Positions 1 to 10,976 of a stretch of 39,288 bases of DNA are shown one piece after another. Under the pieces are notes generated by a model. The model saw only the letters and a program-made list of their open reading frames with translations, was not told the origin of the DNA and made no database searches. The DNA is from Octopus sinensis (Eukaryota), in contig NW_021835386.1 of the NCBI RefSeq assembly GCF_006345805.1, positions 1 through 39,288 on the forward strand. The letters run 5' to 3'. Both the position numbers and the translations under genes were made by a program. The first letter of the stretch is position 1. Every line of letters starts with the position of its first letter.

Positions 1-665
1 TATTTATATTAGTAAGAGTATTTTCAGAAACAATTTTATATTTTTTATTTATTTCTTTTTCCAATAATTATCATATAATTTAACATTCAGTTTATACTGG
101 TTCCTAGTTTTATCGGATTGTACTTCTGTTATTTTTATAGCTAGATTTCTTAATATTTATTGTGCCTATTTGGGTATCTATGAAATTTAATATTTTTCAC
201 TACTTTGCAAATATTATCTTCTAAACCCTGTATTTCCCTGTATTATACGGTGGTTCCTTTCTAGATATAAATTTTGTATTAATATTAATTAGTACTACCT
301 ACATCGTTAATATTAGATATATTACAATTAATGAAGTAGGCTTTCCTTTTAATCCGATTAATAACATTTTTAACATTATTAGTTAGTTTCAAAGTATATT
401 CTTCTCTAGGTGGGATAAGAATATCTTCAAAGATGAATTCCAAAATAGCGGTTCTCTCTAACATGAAAACGCCATTACTAACGAAATGGAAACTTAAATA
501 TAATCGACAAACGGTAGTTATAAATACAAATATTAATATTCTTACAAGATAGGGAATATAATAATTCCAAGTCAACAGGGAAAAAATTTAATTTAGCACA
601 CTAAGTCAAAAAATCACAATATATATTATATATGTATATATAAATTTAGAGACAAACCACTATTT
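1..665 (-). mobile_element. Decayed Penelope-like element, N-terminal ORF region plus terminal-repeat end
   Basis: Minus ORF 285-575 contains DILIPPREEYTLKLTNNVKNVINRIKRKAYF and, past stops, EIQGLEDNICKVVKNIKF. These resemble the N-terminus of invertebrate PLE proteins (recalled NIPIP..Y..KL..K.E..I.RMRWKA.F). Many stops. Similarity judged from memory. Confidence 0.55.
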
Positions 666-759
666 AGTTACTCAGTTATATTTAGTTATATTTTGACCTG
701 AAGAGTGGCTAAATATTTTTAAATTGAATTAATATTAACTTTCAAGCTTTCAAGCAGAG

Positions 760-990
760 AACATGTGCATCAACTGCTTGTCTCTTCACCTGTTACCACT
801 CTGCACTTTCGTTAAGTCTCAATGTTATCCCCCAAAAGTTTTACTTTCTTCCACATCAGCAATCACTTCCTGATGTTCCCCCACTATTTCTTCAAAATGC
901 CTTGTTTTGGTTGATTGAAGCAATTTATTCTGTTTAAAACCTTTTCATCTAGCTTCATACGGGTATCACTTAGATTTGTCCTTCAACATC
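760..990 (-). mobile_element. Internal fragment of an R4/Dong-clade LINE (pre-RT region)
   Basis: Minus translation KQNKLLQSTKTRHFEEIVGEHQEVIADVEESKTF resembles the QN.LF...K..F.E...PDAEES..FW segment upstream of RT in R4-clade elements. Confidence 0.45.
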
Positions 991-998
991 ACCTCGAC

Positions 999-1200
999 CT
1001 GGCAGAATCATTAGCACGCCGCGTAGAATGCTTAGCAGCATTTCGTCCATCTTCACGTACTGAGTTCAAATTCCGCTGAGGACGACTTTGCCTTTCATCA
1101 TTTCTAGTTCGATAAAATTAGTATCTTGATTACTAGGGTCGATGTAATCGACTTACGGCTTCCTCGATCTTGCTGGCCTTGTGCCAAAACTTGAAACCAT
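999..1200 (+). mobile_element. tRNA-derived SINE, family 1
   Basis: A-box-like TGGCAGAATCATT and B-box-like GAGTTCAAATTCC, then GACTTTGCCTTTCATC...TCGATAAA central domain. Homologous copies at 2100, 3232 and 3447. Confidence 0.8.
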
Positions 1201-1202
1201 GC

Positions 1203-1223
1203 CGTTGCTGCTGCTGCTGCCGT

Positions 1224-1275
<52 letters not shown>
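1203..1275. repeat. (GCT)n/(ACT)n microsatellite
   Basis: Directly visible at the SINE tail. Confidence 0.95.
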
Positions 1276-1710
1276 GTCATCATAATCATCATTATTATTT
1301 CTACAGCTTTTATTATCTTTCTTTCCATCCATGTTAGTATCATTACTATCATTCTCACAACTGTCATCCTATTCGTTGTATTTGTCAAGGCTTCCGGTAT
1401 AGATAGTGGGGGCAAGACTGGGTGGACGCATCACTGGCATGTTTTCAACGTTGATGTGTGAAAGGAAACAAAATAGAAATATGCCGAGTATCCTGTGTTG
1501 ATCAGAGAAAGGAAGAATTTAAAAGTGTATATAATGACTTGCAGTCAACCTACTACAGGAAAACAAACGTCTAACGTTAATGAGGAAGAGGAGAAAATTT
1601 TTTTTACCACGATTTTAAATTACTCTATATGAAAGTATTAGTCCAAGAAGTGACGATAGGATTCAACGAAACAAAACCAACATCGGGATATTTAATTCAT
1701 TGCACTATTC

Positions 1711-1713
<3 letters not shown>

Positions 1714-1756
<43 letters not shown>

Positions 1757-1770
1757 AAGAGAGAGAGAGA
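1714..1770. repeat. (GA)n microsatellite
   Basis: Directly visible. Confidence 0.95.
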
Positions 1771-1789
1771 ACAAGCCTAACTTAATCAC

Positions 1790-2090
1790 TTTCCTTCTTC
1801 GATAGTCTTATCTATCAAGGAACCGCCTCCTTGCATTTTCCATTCCATTCCATCAATCTAGTCCCCCTCGTAATATTTTGGCAGTTGGCAATAAACCAAC
1901 TGTTTGTAATAGCTCTATCTCATAATCTGTTTCGATTTTCTCTAGCTGTTTTGCTATTGTTTTCTTTTGCTGTCTCTAATGCACCTACGATTTTACTGAT
2001 ATGATACTTACATTCTTTTTTTCCACATACTATTGATTCCATAATTAACTCGTTCTAATTGATTTCCTATTTCGGATCGTTATTATCGCT
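1790..2090 (-). mobile_element. Old R4/Dong-clade LINE 3' fragment (end of RLE domain)
   Basis: Minus translation KQLEKIETDYEIELLQTVGLLPTAKILRGGLD* parallels the LQK..LL.TA.ILR..L* terminus of the R4 copies at 11146 and 29150. Confidence 0.55.
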
Positions 2091-2099
2091 TATAATCAA

Positions 2100-2300
2100 A
2101 TATATGCTTAGCAATTTCTTCCAGCTCACTACGTTCTTAGTTCAAATGGTGTCGATGTTGATTTTGCCTTTCATCTTTACAGAGTTGATAAAATAATTAT
2201 CATTGCGGGTAATTAGTAGTTCATGTAATTACCAGTTGAGAAACCCCACCCACAAAACTTCAGGATTATAGCCTGTTGTAGGAAGGATTATTATTAGTAA
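2100..2300 (+). mobile_element. Degraded SINE, family 1
   Basis: TTAGTTCAAAT B-box, GATTTTGCCTTTCATC and ATTATTATT tail. Confidence 0.65.
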
Positions 2301-2542
2301 TATTTACGTTATTATCGCTTTATTTTATCCCAACTACTCCGACTCTCATTCAGACACATCATGTTGATGTGTGTCATTTGGGATTAGTAATGATATGTCG
2401 TAGGGAGGAACAACATCTGAGAACAAAGTTTCTATTATATTTGTAATGTTTCAGTTTTAAAAGTGTTTTTCGAGAATCAGGTATTTTCAAATCGACTATG
2501 TTTTTCTTAGAATGATAATAGTCGCCACGAGAACATTTTGTT

Positions 2543-2543
<1 letters not shown>

Positions 2544-2624
<81 letters not shown>
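2544..2624. repeat. (AAT)n microsatellite forming the tail of the adjacent minus-strand LINE
   Basis: Directly visible; contiguous with the LINE 3' UTR. Confidence 0.9.
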
Positions 2625-2627
<3 letters not shown>

Positions 2628-2925
2628 GAAATTATTGTATACAGTGCACAGGTGCACCACAACTTGTCAAAAGTGCGTATAAAGCATATGCAGTAGTGTA
2701 CAAATGTCTGGGAAGTGACCTGTGTATGAGTTAGATACATGCTTGTGTGTATATGGAGGGGAGAAAATCAGGTGTAGTGTTGGCGAATCTCAGGTAGCAT
2801 GGAAGTTTGAAGGATGCAGTGCTCCGACAACTAACAACTGATGCCGGCAGTTTGTTCCATACTTCAGCAACTCTTAGCGGGAAAAAATGTTTCCGAAAGT
2901 CAAGGAAGCTGTGCTGTTTTCTCTG
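2625..2925 (-). mobile_element. CR1-type LINE 3' end
   Basis: Minus translation FRKHFFPLRVAEVWNKLPASVVSCRSTASFK matches the CR1-group ORF2 C-terminus (R.HFFS.RV...WN.LP..VV....SFK), followed by a 3' UTR and repeat tail. Confidence 0.75.
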
Positions 2926-3231
2926 ATACTTTCAGTTTCCCTGATATAGAAATATTTTTGATTACAGATAAGTTCACTGCCAGCAGTTCATCGCCAGGAA
3001 AGTTCACTGCCATCAATTTCACTGCAAGGAAAGTTTACCGAGAAATTATACCCAAAGTATCTCACAATTAATAAATAAAAACTATTTTATTGAAAAAGGA
3101 ACAAAGAACAAAAAAGAAATGTTGAATTAATGACGGTGAACTTTCCCTGCGATGAAGTGAACTTACTGGACATAGTTTTTTAATATTTGTTATTTTTGTA
3201 ATTCTGATACTTTGGGGATTTCCCAATATTT

Positions 3232-3625
3232 GAGCTGGCAGAATCGTTAGCACGCCGGCAAAGTGCTTAGTGACACTTCATCTGATTATACGTTCTGATT
3301 TCAAATTTCGTCATGGTCGACTTTGCCATTTATTCTTTTGGGGTCGATAAATTAAGTACCAATTGAGTACTGGTGTCGATGAAATCGACTTTCCCCCTCC
3401 CACAAAATTACTGACCTTGTGACAAAATTTGAAATCATTATTATTACGGCAGTGAACTGGCTGAATCGTTATCATGCCAGACGAAATATTTTGCAGTATT
3501 TCGTCCGTCTTTACGTTCTAAGTTCAAATTCCCCTGGGGACGAGTTTGCCTTCCATCGTTTCGAGTTTGATAAGATGGGTAAAATTTGAGTACTGGGCCC
3601 GATATAATCAGCTAGATGCCTCCTC
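3232..3625 (+). mobile_element. Two tandem SINE family 1 copies (about 3232-3445 and 3447-3625)
   Basis: Each starts (G)AGCTGGCAGAATCGTTA or AACTGGCTGAATCGTTA with B-box and central domain. The first ends GAAATCATTATTATTA. Confidence 0.8.
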
Positions 3626-3814
3626 AATATATAAGCAAAAACTCCCCAAACACTTTGAATTATGATTATCTTTCGAGATTTCTGAGTAATAATATTCTGC
3701 TTCCCTACTGTCGCGCAGATTTCGTTCCTACTTTGTTAAATAATCAGCAATGTAAAACAGAGCGTAAGATACAAGGAGTTTCCAGTTCTAAAGCATTATA
3801 CAGAATATACTTTA

Positions 3815-3821
<7 letters not shown>

Positions 3822-3854
<33 letters not shown>

Positions 3855-3895
3855 CAGAGAGATAGATAGATAGATGATAGATAGATAGATAGATT

Positions 3896-3939
<44 letters not shown>

Positions 3940-4034
3940 TATAGATAGATAGATAGATAGATAGATAGACAGAAAGGCAGATAAATAGATTGATAGAGAG
4001 ATAGATAGATAGATAGATAGATAGACATAAAGGC

Positions 4035-4065
<31 letters not shown>
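3822..4065. repeat. (TA)n plus (GATA)n compound microsatellite
   Basis: Directly visible; source of spurious ORFs 3744-4115. Confidence 0.95.
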
Positions 4066-4066
<1 letters not shown>

Positions 4067-4449
4067 TAAACAAAAATGAAAAGGTAAACCATTTAGCAAG
4101 ACTTGACGAGGACATTAATTTAAATATGTAATAAAAAGGCTATACATTGTCTCTAACAGTTGTTTCTAGAATATCCAAGCTATTGGAACATCGTGTTTAA
4201 CGAGAACTCTATAGGCTGAGCGCATCGTCATCAGAGAGAGAGAGGGGGAGAGAGAGGCTAGATAGATGTAACATAGTCATCATAGAGGGAGAGGGAGAGA
4301 GAAAGAGAAGTTAGACAGATGTATCTGTGAAGGAATATTACTCATCCATAATATTATTGTAGTTCATTTTGCCGAGAAAGGGAGGAGAAATTCAATTTTA
4401 AAAATCCATTTAAAAAGTGGGTATTCATTGGGTAGATCTGTGCACAAGT

Positions 4450-4880
4450 AAAGAAAACTGGTAATATCCATTAGGAGAATAAAAAGAGGGAATGGTTTGA
4501 TTATAAACCATGACAAGGGAAATAGATATTACTTGTTCCAGTTGGATACAGACTGAAGTAAATTTGAATATACTACACTATAATAGGACAGGCAGGTGGG
4601 TTGTTTTGTATTAGATATATACTAATTGGCATAGCGAAGGGTACTCTTGTAAAAACGGTTAGCGGTTGCGTGCGCGAACAAAATAGATAGGGAATGAAGA
4701 GTAGAAGATAACAGACCTACAGGTTGGGTAGCAATGGGAGAGAGAGGATGTATGAGCGTTATAAAACGGTTGTGAAAAGGTACTGAAAGTCTGATGTAGT
4801 AGATGGTCTGATATTATGGAGAAGTTGGGAGAATCAGGGCAAGTTTGGTTGGTATAGTGTTAGAAATAGATGCCCATACT
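4450..4880 (-). mobile_element. Possible very old I/Jockey-group LINE 3' fragment
   Basis: Minus translation TVFTRVPFAMPISIYLIQNNPPACP loosely resembles the TRLRIGH...YL....PP.C terminus of I-group LINEs. Weak. Confidence 0.3.
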
Positions 4881-4989
4881 ACCAAACAAGATGTAAAATT
4901 TGATATTTAAGATTAAAATTTAAAAGCTAAAGTTTTAATTAAAATTTGAAACTAAAATTCTAAATTTGACTTTGAATTTCTACTTTTAT

Positions 4990-5672
4990 GTATACCTACC
5001 TGCTCAAGGAGAGGACACTTGTATTCGCTTCAGAAAGTCGGTCTCCCGTTTACTTAAAATATTGAAGCTTTCTACTTTCCACCACTAATCTTAAATCATG
5101 TTCTCCTGAGCATTTTACGAGAAGCAATCTTGTATACTCTCATGACTCACTAGTTAAAAATATATGTTTACTGCAATCAAATTTTCCTTTTTTACCATAC
5201 TTACATTTACAACGCCTCCAACGTTGTTCAGAAAGGCAAAGACGAATAATGAGTTGGTTTCTATTATTCTGCTTCCGATGTCATCACCATAATTAAACAT
5301 TCTCTTCTATAAAGAGGCACTTGTAATAATTGTTTTGTCGGGCAACTTTATTGCCATGGATTTGCTTTGGATAATTTTCTTAATTAAATATAACAACGGT
5401 TCGTCCATATCAAAACCTTCTTCGCATGATATTTTGTTTTATGACTCTTTACTTGTTTCAGTCATTTGACTGCGGCCATGCTGGAGCACCACCTTTAGTC
5501 GAGAAAATTGCCCCCAGGACTTATTCTTTGTAAACCTAGTACTTATTCTATCGGTCTATTTTGCCGAACCGCTAAGTTACGGGGATGTAAACACACCAGC
5601 ATCGGTTGTCAAGCGATGTTGGGGGACAAACGCAAAATACAAGCACATAATACATGCATACATACATATATA

Positions 5673-5705
<33 letters not shown>

Positions 5706-7100
5706 CGACGGGCTTGTCTACCAAATCCACTCACAAGGCTTTGGTCGGCCCGAGGCTATAGTAGGAGCCACTTGCTCAAGGTGCCAGGCAGTGGTTGGTA
5801 AGAAAGCTACTTACCAACCACATGGTACGTTGCTACTTACACAGCCACTCTTGCGCCTATAATTCATTTAAAATCTTTTCTAGGTAGGTTTTCAAAACAA
5901 GAAATACACGTAAGCGTAACCGTCATTTTGCCTTCTTTCTTATATTCCTACTTCTAGGACGTTTGAATATTAGGAAGGGGTTACCTATATCATGAAGATT
6001 CACATCGGGTATCAAAGTAGCGATATCATGTTCCATGATCTGTGAATACTGTAAAGGCTATATGATATGGCATGAACAGCTGCAACTCTGATATTGTGGC
6101 CAGCAGGAATGTCATAGCAGGTGTTCTGACTGCATTTGCATGTCGGAATCCATCAAAGAACTGATGATCAGGGCATATTTGAGGCGGCTATACGAATCTG
6201 CTGAAGAGTATTGTCAATCTGGCAGAAGAGGATTGCTGTTTGAAGGTCACATGTCCAAGAGCGGAATTTTCTCCTGCTTTACCTCCGGAAATTGTCAGAA
6301 GTGTTTGTCGAACAATTTTTATGCCTTTCTCTGAACAGGCTCCTTGCACATATCCTCATCAGAAAATACATCAATTCCTATTCAGAGGCTGCATCAAGGC
6401 AATGCAAACAACACTCTGCAAAAGCTGTCGGTCAGTACATTAAACGAAGCCACAGACTAGATGTGCTTGCATGTGATCGATATTTTCATGCCACAATGTT
6501 TCTTATCAACATATACCGATATATAAAACCCGAATTGACCTCATGGCTGAAGTCAAGGTCTTGATCACCAGTTGAGGAAAACAGGTAGAAGCATGTGTTT
6601 TATAGATTAACTTGCTTCATACTTGTTTCACTTGGAGATTCGAGCTTCATTATAAAAATTTTTCTACAAACAATATCATTTTCTTTAAAAATCCAAAGGT
6701 TTTATTGACACTTTCAGTCAATGAATAAGTTTATTACGTTGTTATTTGATATCGATTCCTGATATGATATTGATATTTTACACTACATTGCTCATAATTA
6801 ACACCTGTAAATTATGTGTGGGTATTATACATTTACTGTGTAAGGGTATTCACCGTATGGAACATTACAAAAGTAAAGTAGAAGCTATTATGCAATTAAG
6901 GACAAACAATATATCTTTATGATGAATATCATTTTGCAGTTTGTATCAGCAAGCGTTGGAAGACAATTTAGAACACGTTTCACTTTCTTCCAGCCGTGAG
7001 TTGGCGGTGGAAGTTTACAACTTGTCGTAACTTGCCGAAGGATTAGCGATCAAAATGATCATTAACTATAAGTTTTCCAGTAGATTTGTCACTATGAAAA
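4990..7100 (-). mobile_element. Ancient Ty3/Gypsy-like pol relic (RT-RNaseH-integrase order), copy 1, interrupted by a SINE
   Basis: Minus 6030-6115 reads FLLATISELQLFMPYHIAFTVFTDHG (RNaseH ELLA....F..Y...F...TDH). LQTAILFCQID...IRIAASN lies upstream and YKKEGK...CISCFENLP downstream. Colinear homology to 30850-32250. Heavily frameshifted. Confidence 0.55.
5445..5858 (-). mobile_element. tRNA-derived SINE, family 2
   Basis: Minus head AGGCGCAAGAGTGGCTGTGTAAG, CORE-like GGCACCTTGAGCAAGTG, internal (TA)n, and tail GGTGGTGCTCCAGCATGGCCGCAGTCAAATGACTGAAAC. Homologue at 17292. Confidence 0.9.
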
Positions 7101-7497
7101 CTTAAAATCGAAATATTATTATAATTTGACGCAAGTATCAGTTTTATAGATCATTTAGGTATAGAAATGTAAGATGCTTCTTCAAGAAGCAACAAATATT
7201 ATGATAAATATTAGTACACTTTAAGAGAAAATGTCACTTACCAGCTGTTTGGTTTTTGGTTCGATATCATTGTGCAGAATTTTGGGTCACTAACTTGCAT
7301 CAAATCTATTCGCCCAATGCCAGATATAAATTTGCTCGAAGAACATTGTGTGCTTTTTATTTCGGTAAACCATCTTAGTTATGGGGCATGGTGGACTTAA
7401 AGCTGTTACTTAGCTGTTGGATAACTTTAACTGAGTTCACTCAGTTACAAGCGGGTTTATCTCTTTTCCTTATTCTAGTGTAGCGCCGGTCATATAT

Positions 7498-8825
7498 CTA
7501 CCAATCAGTGTACCAATCAGTGGTTTGCTCACGTGATTTTTCTTGAATTTGCTTAAGAGCAAAGATCATATCATCTGTGCTTCTCCGAGACGGAAATCGA
7601 TTCTTCGATTCAGGATATATTTTTTTTATTACATGCTTATTGGTGCGGTTAAGAATCACCGTCGTAAGAATTTTACAACTATGCACGACAAAACTATTTT
7701 TCTGTAATAACCACATCCACTCAACTTCGCCTTGTTTTTGTACAAATGCGTTACAGATGCATATCTGACTTGTTGGAAAACTGATGCAGTTTCCCTGATC
7801 AAACAGTTAATTTTTACAGCTTTCTTCGAAGTTGTGCGTTTCCATGCTTGTACACCTCTATGGGATTTAAAGTGCTCAGACCATCTTTTCAGAATTTCAT
7901 CTTTGCTACTTAAGAGATTTGACCCGTTATTAGACAGCATAAGTTACCGCTCTTTTTAAAACAAATGTGTCTTTCAAATTATCATGCAAGGCTCTTAGTT
8001 TAGGAGTGTTACCAACCAATTTCAATTTTGGGGCTTTTTTTGCCCACCAAAATATATTATTCCCGTGCAATTTTTTGTGACCAATTTTCTTCGAGATGTT
8101 TAAAAATGTGTACAAGTGAGTTTTATATGAGCTTTCGTGCATAGCTTTTAGGAGAAGTTCGATTTGAGAATCATTCTCACTGAACCAGTCTTGATGCTTG
8201 CATTTGACGAATCTTAGAATTTCTCCGGCATATGATTTGATGCAGTGACGAATGTTACGCCACAATGATTTAGGATCAAATTGAGATGTGTTTCAAAATT
8301 TTGTATCGTTTCAGAATCTTTTAATGAAGATCCAATATTCATGGTGGAATATTGGATCGTAATGGCATTTTTGTAGATAGTTTAAAAAGGACAATACTGC
8401 GGGTCTTTCCGTGAATCGAGTATCACTCGGGAGTTTTGTGAGCTCTGGTTAGTCTGATACCACTGCACACTTTTCCCTTGTTATGCATAGTCAATATTTG
8501 CCACTTCGCAGATCGAGGATGCTTTTAGATAGTTATATATTTATTTGCCTCTTGAAATATTGTGATTGTAATTGTTAAAAGACATTGTTGACAACGAGAC
8601 CATAACTGTAAGCCATTTGTTTTCATTTTTTTCTGATCAATGTTTTTCCTATTACTTTTGACCAGATTGTGTGTTTGTAACCTATTCTGCTTTAAGATCG
8701 GTCATTAATATGGCTTTGTCATGATACTGAATTTTACGGATAACTGTTTTCAATTTAGTGAAGAAAATGTTATGCTATTGTTCAGATGCTAACAATGTAA
8801 ATGCATATGCTCTGACAGTGTGCAT
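7498..8825 (-). mobile_element. RTE-clade (BovB-like) LINE fragment: APE endonuclease end to RT start
   Basis: Minus translations include DKAILMTDLKA..KHPRSAKW (APE), KHQDWFSENDSQI, LLSSKDEILKRWSEHF, and KILTTVILNR..IYPES.NRFPSRRSTDDMIFALKQIQEKSREQ (RT start). Confidence 0.85.
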
Positions 8826-8840
8826 AAATTAGGAATTAGC

Positions 8841-8865
8841 TATTATTATTATTATTATTATTATT
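8841..8865. repeat. (ATT)n array
   Basis: Directly visible; abuts an R4 3' end. Confidence 0.95.
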
Positions 8866-9431
8866 CTATGTTTGACTTTCGCTTTATATTTGTACGAGTT
8901 GGCTCCAAGTCTCTCCCAGAGACCTCAAGAGGCAACAGGTTAGAAGTTCATGTTGTTGTTATGCCTAGTGTGCCATATATTTGGAGCTTTTTTTGTGTTG
9001 TACTACTGAATGTTTAAAGAATAAAAGAAGAAAAAAAACAAAAAAAACAAAAATTATGTTTGTTTTAAAGCTTGAGATTACATAGAAAGTATTTTGCGTA
9101 GGATATGAGCAGTTCCCATGAGCACTATCTTTTGAATCACTGCCATTTTTGGGTTTCATGGTATCTGAGTTAGGTAGCAATCAGCCCCTATTTCTGTCAT
9201 TCCCAGGGCACATATGACTTAGTCTTCAGGTTCCACATTTTGCAGATTTCTATTTCAAGATCTTTATATTTGCTCAGTTTTTGGTAGGTCTTGACAGATA
9301 CGTTTATATCGATTGGGGGCAGTCTATCAATGAGGAGGCATGTTCTTTGTCTGAAGTCTTTCAATATGATGTCTGGCCTATTTGCATCTATCTTTCTGTC
9401 AGTTTGAATGGTGAAGTTCCAGAGGAGTGAG
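8866..9431 (-). mobile_element. R4/Dong-clade LINE, subfamily C, 5'-truncated copy 1
   Basis: Minus translation LLWNFTIQTDRKIDANRPDIILKD...TCLLID...KLSKYKDLEIEICKMWNLKT (PD-(D/E)xK RLE), then 3' UTR. Confidence 0.85.
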
Positions 9432-9543
9432 ATTATTATTATTATATTATTATTATTATTATATTATTATTATTATTATTATTATTATATTATATATTAT
9501 TATTATCATTATCATTATTATTATATTATTATCATTATTATTA

Positions 9544-9605
<62 letters not shown>
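9432..9605. repeat. (ATT)n array
   Basis: Directly visible between two R4 copies. Confidence 0.95.
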
Positions 9606-9608
<3 letters not shown>

Positions 9609-9995
9609 GTTTGACTTTGGCTTTATATTTGTACAAGTTGGCTCCAAGTCTCACCCAGAGACCTCAAGAGACAACAGGTTGGAAGTTCATGTTGTTATGC
9701 CTAGTGTGACATATATTTGGTTTTGCATTTAGTGTTGTACTAGCGAATGTCTAAAATAAAAAAAAAACATACGAAAATTATGTTTGTTTTAAAACTTGAG
9801 ATTACATAGAAAGTATTTTGCGTAGGATATAAGCAGTTCCCATGAACACTATCTTTTGAATTTCTGCCATTTTGGGGTTTCCTGGTATTTGAGTTAGGTA
9901 GCAATCAGCCCCTTTTGCTATCATTTCCAGGGCACCTATTGCAACAGGTATTGTTTTAGTCTTCAGGTTCCACATTTTGCTAATTTCTATTTTCT
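9606..9995 (-). mobile_element. R4/Dong-clade LINE, subfamily C, 5'-truncated copy 2
   Basis: Same 3' UTR as the 8866 copy (ATGTTTGACTTT...GGCTCCAAGTCTC..CAGAGACCTCAAGAG). Confidence 0.85.
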
Positions 9996-9996
9996 A

Positions 9997-10050
<54 letters not shown>

Positions 10051-10051
<1 letters not shown>

Positions 10052-10134
10052 GGGGTTGATTTCTTCGACTACAGGGCGGTGCTCCAGCATGGCTACAGTC
10101 AAATGATTGAAACAAGTAAAAGAATAAGAGAATA
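10051..10134 (+). mobile_element. SINE family 2, 3' tail fragment
   Basis: GGCGGTGCTCCAGCATGGCTACAGTCAAATGATTGAAACAAGTAAAAGAATAAGAG. Confidence 0.8.
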
Positions 10135-10392
10135 CGATACGGGAAGAACGTTCCACACCATGAAACCATGAAGGTACTTTGAATATGTATGATGTATTTT
10201 AAGACTAAATAGTAACAAAAGTTTACGTTTGCGTAACTGAGATATTTTGGTTGGATTATATCGGTATCGGTTTTACACTTCTTTCTATATTCCCCAAATG
10301 TCAAAATATAGAAACATTTCTCAAGGCAACTGCACACAATTTACAGGTACTTACAATTATATATTTCCGTGAAGTTTTCACGGGTCCAGTCA

Positions 10393-10476
10393 TTTATTAT
10401 ATTATTATTATTATTATTATTATTATATTATTATTATTATATTATTATATTATTATTATATTTTTATTATTATTAT

Positions 10477-10534
<58 letters not shown>

Positions 10535-10669
10535 TATCATTATTTTATTATTATTATTATTATTAATTATTATTATTAATATATCATTTTTATTATTATT
10601 ATTATTATTAATTATTATTATTATTATTAATTATTATCATTACTATTGTTTATATTATTATTATTATTA

Positions 10670-10709
<40 letters not shown>

Positions 10710-10808
10710 ATTATTAATATTATCATTTTTATTATTATTATTATTATTAATTATTATTATTATTATTAATTATTATTATCATTACTATTGTTATTATTAT
10801 TATTATTA

Positions 10809-10847
<39 letters not shown>

Positions 10848-10912
10848 GTTGTTGTTGTTATTATTATTACTATTCTTCTTCTTCTTCTTCTTATTATTAT
10901 TATTATTAATTA

Positions 10913-10955
<43 letters not shown>

Positions 10956-10976
10956 TGTTATTATTATTATTATTAT
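10393..10976. repeat. Large imperfect (ATT)n array (about 580 bp)
   Basis: Directly visible; source of poly-I/Y/L ORFs. Confidence 0.95.

Noticed and set aside
6162-6215. CTGATGA and CTGAAGA heptamers (others near 9223, 29260, 33442, 34929)
   Set aside because: No downstream stem II-GAAA-NUH arrangement; they lie in transposon coding relics or unstructured sequence.
6140-6564. Three overlapping plus-strand ORFs, one with a DRY motif suggesting a GPCR
   Set aside because: No transmembrane pattern. The minus strand carries RNaseH-like motifs, so these are antisense frames of a retroelement relic.
7243-7390. Strong minus-strand donor (CTG/GTAAGT) after a short open frame
   Set aside because: No recognisable domain or partner exon, so a host exon cannot be supported.
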